Below, piece by piece: positions 13,885 through 23,469 of a DNA stretch of 64,000 nucleotides (within the stretch, counting starts at the first letter, position 1; the number at the start of each line of letters is the position of its first letter). The stretch is from the human T2T-CHM13v2.0 reference genome, Homo sapiens. The notes under the pieces were generated by a model. That model did not search any database. It was given only the letters and a program-made list of their open reading frames with translations, and had not been told where the DNA came from. The stretch lies in the NCBI RefSeq assembly GCF_009914755.1, contig NC_060925.1. One strand, given 5' to 3'. The translations under genes and the position numbers were made by a program.

Positions 13885-14625
13885 TGGAAGAAAACTGTTG
13901 GCTGAGGGATTAAGCCAGTAGAGAGGGAAAGATGAATGATGAGACAGTGGGAATCAGTGGGTATTGAATGCAAAATGGTCCTGGAGAAGGCAGAAGGGAA
14001 TTAAATCAATGGCCAATGCTGAAGAATTAGCATTGAAAGAAGGAAAGACTCTTTTTTTCTGAGATACAACACAAGGAAGTAAAGGTGGGTACATAAGTGA
14101 TGAGTTGTGAGGTTGAGATGGGAGATGGTAGGGAGTCCTTAGATGGCCTGTCAGTGTAGAAATGGTGAGGGCTAGGGAAGGTTTTGCAGGGGAGGTGATA
14201 TTTGAACTAGGAGATGTCTTTAGTGAAGTAGGAAGTGAAGCCTTTTGCTGGGAAGAAAATGGGGAACAGAAAGAAGGAAAGAGGTTACAGCAGAGAGGTG
14301 AAGACTTGTAAATGCTAGGGAGGGGATTGGAGAACAACAGCAGGGGATTCTTTTGGGCTGATCCATCTCCCTGATTCAAGACAAAGAAAGAGTCCACTTA
14401 TTCATCCAATTGTGATTGGCAATAAAAGAAGTATGGAGGGATTGTCCCCAAAGGCTGTCTTTGAAATAAGATGGACAACTTCTGGATACAGATCCCAATA
14501 CTAATATAGAAAGTATTCTAGCTCTATATATTAATTAAGGCTGGAATATTTTGCAGACAATAACAATGCTATGTATGGCAACTATGTACAACAAAGGAAA
14601 ATATTTATGGTATATGAATTGCCTA

Positions 14626-14970
<345 letters not shown>

Positions 14971-15499
14971 TATATGTATGTCTTGATTACAACTCTGTAA
15001 GAACATACATATGAAGAACAAATGAATAAAACACATGAAAATGCTATTAGTGGTGGTATTATAGGTCATTTTTCCTTTAAATTTTAAATTGATGTTTTAA
15101 TGTTTATAATTAGTTGGCAATAAATAGAATTTTTTTTCCTTGCTGGCTTTAAAAAATTTACTAGGAACACTTAGAAGAGAGTATTTCAAAATAAAAAGTT
15201 GTAAGGTGAAAACAATCAGTAGAATTGTATGAACACCTCCCATATAAGGGGCAGATGCCAGGAAAAGAAGTCCTTAAGTTGAACCAGAGTTGGAAGCTGA
15301 CAAGCAAGAGGTTGGATGCCACGATATAGAAGAGCACAAAAGAGGTATATGACCTAGCCCTTGACTCACAGTAAACTTGAGAGACTAGGCTTACAATAAA
15401 TGATTCGAGGATAACTTATTCAGTTATCTAAACAACGGATGGGACTGGATCACTGAGGCAGTGACCTGTGGGCAGGCGGGACAATGCAGAGGTCAATTA

Positions 15500-15710
15500 T
15501 GTGCCATCGGAGTTGATCAGATGGACCTGGGCTTAAATCCCTGTGCCACTGCTTAGCAGCTGTGTGATCTAAGACAACTTACTCAGGTTTCATTTTCTGC
15601 ACTGTAAAGTAGAAATAATAATACCTACTCATAAGCTGTTGAAGCATTACAAACAATAAAGCAGGTAAAGTGCTTAATACAATGTTTGACACACAAAATT
15701 GCCATTATCG
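15500..15710 (+). mobile_element. MIR SINE remnant
   Basis: gacctgggcttaaatccctgtgccact...agctgtgtgatct...ctgtaaagtagaaataataatacctact. Confidence 0.7.
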
Positions 15711-17041
15711 TTATTAACGTTTTATTGTTGCGTCATCTATGAGTATTTATGATGGAGGAAACTGATTTAGACTAGGGGCACATTGAATTCTTTGGAGGGA
15801 CTTCAGGGAGGTATCTTAAGAGCCGTGAGAGAGTCTCAGGGGGCAGTGAAGACTCCCTCACTGCTGGAACAATGCTGTGGGCTCACCCTAGGCCTTCAGG
15901 AGGGGAGAGAGATGTGCAAGGAGGAACTCCATGGTGGTTCTTCTTTTGCTAGTGTTTGTGCTACTTCCCCACTTCTAAACAGGTGCATAGTACTCCAGAG
16001 CACCCTTTCATCTTCCTTTCCCACTCTTCTGTTCTGTTTTTCTTCTCTTCAACTCTTCTTATTTCCCTTTTCTCCTCAAAACCAAGTGGTGGATGGGTAA
16101 GGAACTATACTATCTTTTGTGTGTTCTAACTTTGCCGTTTTTTTTTTTGTTTGTTTGTTTTTTTAATCTTAAAGGTTGTCTTCTAACTTCAGCACTCAGA
16201 GTTTACATAAGTAAGCCTGGGTTTACCCTACCCACTTCTTCCCTTATTTTTAAAATATCTATTTCCCCAACCATTGTCTTTAGTAAGTACTCTAAAATGA
16301 CAGTCATCAGCAGAAACGCAAGGATTCCAGGCCATAAGAGTTTGATCAAGAAAGGATTTTTTGAGGTAGCTATATCTTGCAAAAGAAACAGAGGTGTGAA
16401 CTGTCTGCAGGGCTCTTCTCGGCAATGAGGTGTTCCTTCTGGATTCAGATATAGATCTTAATGGGGTAAACATTCTAGGTCTTACCACCATCTGTTCTTC
16501 TTTTTCTGCTTAGACTGTTAGTACCTGTTATAAGAGGAAAGGAGGCAAAAGTGTGAAAGAAAAATGGTTGGATCAGTGGTCTGAGAAAGAGGATAAAGTA
16601 GTCATGTGACATTATTCTTAACAGAGATTAGAATGATTAAAAACAAAAACAAGTTGGTATCCAGGATATTCAGGTACAACCACCCCTCACCTGCTGATTC
16701 CAATTTCACATTCCATTCCACATTGATGAATAATAATAATGATGTACTTTTAGCTTTGTCAGAAATCCTATCTGCATATTTATAAGGTCATTATGTTTAG
16801 TTGTTGCTGATACCTGGTCTGAGTCCAGCAATTACCACCTCTGTCTCTTTGCACACACTGGTAGACATACACACCACTGATTTGTACTTTCCTATAAAAT
16901 TACTCTTCCCCTTTTTAATTAGAGTGTTTTCAGAAGCAAAACCTATCGTTAAGGCCATGTATGCTTCCATTATAAATACCTGTTTCCAGCCATTAATTAT
17001 CTCCCAATGAATTACTTACTTAGAAGGAGATTTTTAATGCA

Positions 17042-17347
17042 TTTTTTTTTTTTTTTTTTTTGGAGACAGGGTCTCACTTTGTCACCCAGACTGGAGTGGT
17101 GGAGTGGTGTGATCATGGCTTACTGCAGTCTTGACTTCTCAGGCACAGGTGATTCTTCCACCTCAGACTCCTGAGTGGCTGGGACCATAGGCGTGCACCA
17201 CCATGCCCAGCTAATTTTTGTATTTTTTGTAGAGTTAGGGTTTCAACATGTTGCCCAGGCTGGTCTTGAACTCCTAGCCTCAAGCAATCCTCCCGTCTTG
17301 GCCTCCCAAAGTGCTGGGATTACAGGTGTGAATCATTGTGCCTGGCC
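17042..17347 (-). mobile_element. AluJ SINE
   Basis: gagacagggtctcact...tgatcatggcttactgcag...ctcaagcaatcctcc. Confidence 0.93.
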
Positions 17348-17949
17348 TGTGCACACTTTTTATAATGGGATTTCTCTTCCTTACTTTTGATGTCCCCTCT
17401 CTCATACTTAGTTAACCATTTTGAATTCCACTTAGTAAGAAAAGTTTCCATTTTCTTTTTCTTCAGGGGACTTAGATATGATCTGCACCTAGATGGTAAG
17501 AAGATTTTCCATATTTTGAAGTAGAAACTTTCTGTATGCCTGAATCTTGCTGTCAAGAATGTCTTGGCTAATCATGAAGGAAGAATATAAGAATGTGAGT
17601 AAAAACAATTCAACAGTCCCTGAGAACAACGCCAATAAATATTCAAAATTGCATAACCATTTTAGTGACTAAAGCACTGAGACTCATCCAATAATACTGT
17701 GGTTTGATAATTACACAGTTGTGAATTTATGATACTGTTAAATTGGGGAGACATCTTGATGCATACAGGTCAACCCTTTCATACATCATTATATACAAAA
17801 AGTACACACCTACTTAGGAATTGAAGTGTAATACCTCCTAGCATAAAATGCTTAAAAGAAGATTTTAAGGGAGTGATACAGTGAGCATTCCTATATGAAT
17901 TTTCCTGCTTATCTGAAGCATAGCAGAAGATGTGAAATTTCTAGGTAAG

Positions 17950-18247
17950 TTTTTTTTTTTTTTTTTTGACAGGGTCTTGCTCTGTCACCCGAGCTGAAAT
18001 GCAGCAGTGGTAACATGGTTCACTGCAGCCTCAACCTCCTGGGATCAAGTGGTCCTCCCACCTCAGCCTCCCGAGTAGCTGGGACTAGAGACATGCATCA
18101 TCATGCCCAGTTAGTTTTTTAATTTTTTGTAGAGACAGGGTCTCACTCTGTGGCCCAGGCTGGTCTTGAACTCCTGGGCTCAAGCCATCCTTCTGCCTTG
18201 GACTCCCAAAGTGTTGGGATTACAGGTGTGGGCCACTGTGTCCTTCC
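17950..18247 (-). mobile_element. AluJ SINE
   Basis: gacagggtcttgctctgtc...cactgcagcctcaacctcctggg...ctcctgggctcaagc. Confidence 0.93.
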
Positions 18248-18311
18248 TTAACATCAATAAAATTGAGATAATCACATTCATAAAAGGGAAAAACTATGTC
18301 AACAAGCCCAC

Positions 18312-18676
18312 TGTATTAGTCTGTCTTCACAGTGCTGTAAAGAACTGCCCAAGACTGGGTAATTTATAAAGGAAACAGGTTAACTGACTCACAGTTTAGC
18401 ATGGCTGGGAAGGCCTCAGGAAACTTAACAATCATGGCAGAAGGCAAAGGGGAAGCAAGGTACCTTCTTCATAAGGCAGCATGAAGGAAAATTAATGCAG
18501 GAGGAACTACCAAACACATAAAACCATCAGATCTCGTGAACTCACTCATTATCAGGAGAACAGCATGGGAGAAACCGCCCCCATGATTCAATTACCTCCA
18601 CCTGGTCTCTCCCTTGACACATGGGGATTACAATTCAAAATAAGATATTGGGTGGGGACACAGGCAAACTATATCG
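18312..18676 (-). mobile_element. THE1-family MaLR solo LTR
   Basis: tgtattagtctg...actgcccaagactgggtaatttataaaggaaa ... gggtggggacacaggcaaactatatc. Confidence 0.88.
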
Positions 18677-19384
18677 CCCATATTACAATTACTTACATTA
18701 CTGATTCCCTTAATTAGAGCAGAGGTAATTAATTGGGTCCAGGCTCAGTGGAAGGGTCTGGCTGGTTCTTAATTCTCAGAGCTAGTTTGAATCTTGAGGT
18801 TAACTTCTTGCCTTCTAGAACTTGTCCTGTGTTTGGCTGAACTCTGTGAACCTTTCAGAAAGTAGGTCTTTATTGAGCACATACTCTGTGCAAGGCAAAG
18901 AACCAACTACTGTGGAGTTTACAAACATGAATAAGGGGTAAGAAATGACTCTTGTCACATGGCTTACAGTCCAGCTGTGTGGGCCACCACAGTTCATATC
19001 TTTCAGGATGGGGACTGGATGAGGGGAAAGTGGACTCAAAATTAATCCCAGTGCTCTCTACTTTCCCATATCCCTGTGCTTTATCTCTGTTGTAGTTATG
19101 TTATTTGTATGTTGGCCTGCCTCACTGCTCTGTGATCTCCAAAGAACAGGGACTGGGTTTTATTTATTTCTGCATTGCCGCAGAGCCTAGTATGTGCTTT
19201 GTAGAGAACAGGCTCTCAAAAAAATTTTAAATTAAAAGAATGTATTCACTTGTTTATGTTTCCTAGTTACAGTGGGTCAGCTTGTTCTGTGCTAACATGG
19301 AAGTGACAAGAAGCTGGTGTCCCTCTACACAGAGGTCCCCACACTAAATATCATCTTGGATGTGCTTCACATTGTTGCACAAAG

Positions 19385-19630
19385 GTACAGTGGAGTGAGA
19401 CTGAGTAAGAGGACAGAAATAGTGGGGGGTTTGTCTCAGCTCACTAATTACTTATTTAACCTTGGGCAAGATACTTAAAGCTCTATCTCAGTTTCTTCAT
19501 CTGCAAAATGGGTATAATAATGACTGGGGTGCCTATTTCCCACGATTGTTTTGAGGATCAAATGAGATAATATAATTAAAAGTGTTTTTGGAAGGTCTAA
19601 ATCACTGCGCAACTGCAAGGCATTATTAAA
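19385..19630 (+). mobile_element. MIR SINE remnant
   Basis: ccttgggcaagatacttaa...ctcagtttcttcatctgcaaaatggg...gaggatcaaatgagataat. Confidence 0.8.
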
Positions 19631-20295
19631 AGAAATCTTCCTTTTAATTCCTGCTTCCACAAACATCTCATCACATATCCTTGGGTTCCTGGGTTACATG
19701 GAGAGATTCGTGGTGTAGCTCAATCTATGTGTCATAGCTATCCCACAATCTCTTCTTCAACTTCTCCAACACACCAAGACATTCTTCCAGTCTTGCATTG
19801 CTCCCCAGTTTATATAGATATATATGTTCCTCATTCAGCATTTATGTAAAACATATATTATTGAGCACTTATGTGATAGAAACCGAGGCAAAACAGAAAA
19901 TAAAACAGAGTTTTATTTTGAGAGTTTTTTTACAGCTTATCGGCTCTGAGAGGACAGACATGAGAACAAATAAGTGCCCAATTCTGCATTTATTTTGGAA
20001 GGCAGTTTTATGTGAGTTTAAATCAGTAAAGACATAGATGTATATTTTTAGTTTTGATTAAAACTAAAACAATTGGTAGCCCTTATTCATATTTTTCTAT
20101 CATTAAAACTTATCTTTAAAAAATGTCTTCAGTCATATTTTTCCCTTACTTCCATTCATATTTACTCTTTACTTCTCTTGTCCTTACCAGAATGTATGCA
20201 GTAAGTTTTCATATTGTAACACATTCAACAAAAGTTATATGTGAACATAATAGCTGCTTTCTTTAAAACGGTTACTTTGAGAAACTGAATACCTA

Positions 20296-20601
20296 TTTTT
20301 TTTTTTTTTTTTTTTTTTGAGACGGAGTTTCACTCTTGTTGTCCAGGCTGGAGTACAGTGGCACGATCTTGGCTCACTGCAATCTCTGCCTCCTGGGTTC
20401 AAGTGATTCTACTGCCTCAGTCTCCTGAGTAGCTGGGATTACAGGTGCTCGCCACCATGCCCGGCTAATTTTTGGTATTTTTAGTAGAGACGGGTTTTCA
20501 ACATGTTGGCCAGGCTGGTCTCAAACTCCTGACCTCAGGTGATCTGCCCACCTCAGCTTCCCAAAGTGCTGGGCTTATGACATAAGCCGCCACACCTGGC
20601 C
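20296..20601 (-). mobile_element. AluS SINE (apparently inserted in an old mariner-like remnant)
   Basis: Poly-T followed by gagacggagtttcactcttgtt...ctgacctcaggtgatc. Confidence 0.95.
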
Positions 20602-23090
20602 TGCACATTTATTTTAATAATGTTGTCATAGCTACAGTCGCTTCTAGAGTTGCTCTTTGGGGATAACTATCTTATATTCTTCTGAATATATTTTAATAGT
20701 GACAAAACTTATCTTTGCAGGTGATTTTTAAAATTTGTATGCAGCCAAGTCACTATGAATTATCTTTAGTGAGTAAAGAGGAAGATCGAACTGGTAACAC
20801 TGTGGGTAAACAACTGAAAAATAATGTTATCTTTCTCTGAACATACTTGCACAAGACAAATTCCAAAAATATTTTGACTACGTTATTTTTGAAAAGGGTT
20901 TCCAGTATTTCAATGTGACTACTTTCACTAATGGTACTTGCTTACCTAAAGTGCTTGTTAACATGCAGTTTTGGAACTTCATAGGTCTATGCCCATACTG
21001 ACTTGTACTTGCTTAGTGTTGTTTTACATTCTAGTTCAACATCTATTATGTGATAGACACTGGGGATTAATAGGCTGTGGTCTTTGCCCATGAGGACCTC
21101 AAAACTTAGTTGAGAACACAGAAATACAAAGAGTCCTGTGTGAAAAATAAGTATCGGTGTTAAGATAAAGAAGCGGCAGTGGAAGACAGTGGAGGGACTG
21201 TCTGTTAGAGGGAGGAATTTATTGTGGTGTCGGCAAAGCCTTCTTTGGACTGAAGGATGAATTATGATTAGAAGTTCATTAAGAGGAGGAGGGAAGGGGA
21301 CTACAGGAGTCATTCCAAGCCAAAGGAACAAAAGATACAGGGACAGAAACAGCAAGATATGTTTGGGGGAATCTCAAGTTAGTCAATACTGTTATTGTGT
21401 GAAGTTCACAACAGGGGCAGGGAGGACAGGAGATGGGGCCCAATGACGAAAAGGCCTTGTATGTACCATGTTTAGAAGTTTGAATTTTATCCTATAGGAG
21501 TCAGGGAGAGGTTCTATGGGTAGGATTTCCCATCCCAACAGGATTGTAAACTCCCACATCCAATTAGTCACACCTCCATTTTTTTTTTTTTCTGTTTCTT
21601 TAACATTGTCTCGGATTCATTCCTTCTGAAATCTACCTTATTAGTTCAGGTCTTCTTAAATTTGTGCCTGGACTGTTCACCAACTCTTGACTGGTCCTGG
21701 GGCTCCAGTTCACCTCTTGCTCCCAACAATCAATTTTCTACAGAATTATCAGAGCAATCTTCCTTTCCATCAATCTCAACTCTGTTCAAAAACTTTCAAT
21801 AGTTTTATGTGACCTAAGAGGTAGCTGCCTCCCCACCCTTTCAGCTTGCCATTCAAGGCTGCATAATTTGGTCCCAACCCCCTTTCCGTCCTTGACTCCT
21901 CTCACTGCTAACAGAGACAGAACTCATTTACTTACTCTTTTGACTGTACCTTTGCTTTCACGAGGGCTCTTTCCTGGAATGATATGTCCATACAACTATT
22001 GTTGCTGTTCTTACTTTTAGCTCTTTTCTTAGAAGCCCACTTGTACCCAGGTTTGATCACACCCCCTACTCTCCTGCCCTGGAAGTAACTACTATTCTGG
22101 TTATAGTCTCTTAATATCTATATCTATATATATGCATCCACAGATAATGTGTAGTATTGTCTTGAAAAAAATATACACAAATGGTATACTTTGTCTCCCT
22201 CTGTGATTAGTTTTTTCACTATCATTTAGTTTTTAAGATTTATTCCTATTGACATAAATAGCTATAGTCTTTTCAATTACTGTGTTGCATTTCATTTTAT
22301 AAATATACCATACATTATTCATCCATTCCTCTAAGGGTGGGCATTTATGTTGTTTTCAAGGTTTTGCTATTACAGTGTTACAACGAATATCCTTAGCTTA
22401 GCTGGTCTCCTTGTCTTATACAAATTTTACTGACCTTTCAAGATCCCGCTTTCATCCCAGCTCCTCTGGGAAAGCCTTCCCTGAATCCCCCAGCCCACAG
22501 CGGCAAAGTCTTGGTACTCAAAGTTGCTTGTGCATCTTTGGTATCATCCCACTGCCAAGCACACAGCTACGCAAAGTAAGGCACTTAAGAAATATTCGCT
22601 ACACGGATGAACAAATGAATGAATGAATGGGGCAGCACCACTCCGTAATGGCTCTATTCCTTTTTAATGGACTTTGGCGCCTTGGCCCACTTTCCTTCTT
22701 TGACAGCACTGGTCCTACTCCAGAGCATTCCTCTAGCTAGCAAAGCAGTGTGTGGATGTGTGGGTGTAGGTGGCGATACAGACCTCACTGGATGAGGACC
22801 GCCTCTCCCTGCAAGTTCACGATCCCGGCAAACTCCAGTGCTTGAAGTTCAGAGTCCTACCCCACCCCCCTCACCCCCACGCCCCTTCTGCACTGGTCAA
22901 GCCAGCGAGCCGCTGCAGCCCTGATCGAGTTAAGGCGCGGCGGCCCCCGGGGCCGCTGGAGAAGGATGCGGACGGGGCCAGTGACTCGTATAGATCCCTC
23001 CGCGCGGAGCTCGGGCCGGCGCTTCTTCCTGCGGGAAACCCCTGGGTGCCCAAGGCGGCGGGGCCGAGGCCGCGGCGACAGTGGGGCGGG

Positions 23091-23396
23091 GCTTGCGGTG
23101 GGAGGAGGCGGCTGAGGCGGAAGGACACACGAGGCTGCCTCGCTGCACACCCGAGAAAGTTTCAGCCAAACTTCGGGCGGCGGCTGAGGCGGCGGCCGAG
23201 GAGCGGCGGACTCGGGGCGCGGGGAGTCGAGGCATTTGCACCTGGGCTTCGGAGCGTAGCGCCAGGGCCTGAGCCTTTGAAGCAGGAGGAGGGGAGGAGA
23301 GAGTGGGGCTCCTCTATCGGGACCCCCTCCCCATGTGGATCTGCCCAGGCGGCGGCGGCGGCGGCGGCGGAGGAGGAGGAGGAGGCGACCGAGAAG
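23091..23396 (+). other. NOTCH2NLR: 5'UTR of NOTCH2/NOTCH2NL exon 1 (TSS approximate)
   Basis: Resembles the recalled NOTCH2 mRNA leader (gcttgcggtgggaggaggcggctgagg...cccgagaaagtttcagccaaacttcggg...). Confidence 0.75.
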
Positions 23397-23469
23397 ATGC
23401 CCGCCCTGCGTCCCGCTCTGCTGTGGGCGCTGCTGGCGCTCTGGCTGTGCTGGGCGGCCCCCGCGCATG
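23333..23469 (+). CDS. Poly-glycine uORF (uN2C homolog), exon-1 part; overlaps the main ORF out of frame and stops in exon 2
   Basis: ATG TGG ATC TGC CCA + 13 Gly codons + DREDARPA..., the same N-terminus as the recalled NOTCH2NLC uN2C; spliced stop TGA at 62868-62870. Confidence 0.7.
23348..23386 (+). repeat. (GGC)7(GGA)5(GGC)1 trinucleotide repeat, unexpanded
   Basis: Counted directly from the sequence. Confidence 0.98.
23397..23469 (+). CDS. NOTCH2NLR: NOTCH2-like exon 1 CDS (signal peptide [24 protein letters not shown])
   Basis: ATG with A at -3; 73 nt then donor G|GTGAGT; Trp at codon 19 where NOTCH2 has Cys; no 2-bp frameshift and no ATA start. Confidence 0.9.

Noticed and set aside
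20296-20601. Alu as the SEC22B deletion breakpoint
   Set aside because: The TSD is poor, but both flanks appear to continue the same old mariner-like remnant, implying contiguity.
23348-23386. Pathogenic GGC expansion
   Set aside because: Only 13 units, well within the normal range.
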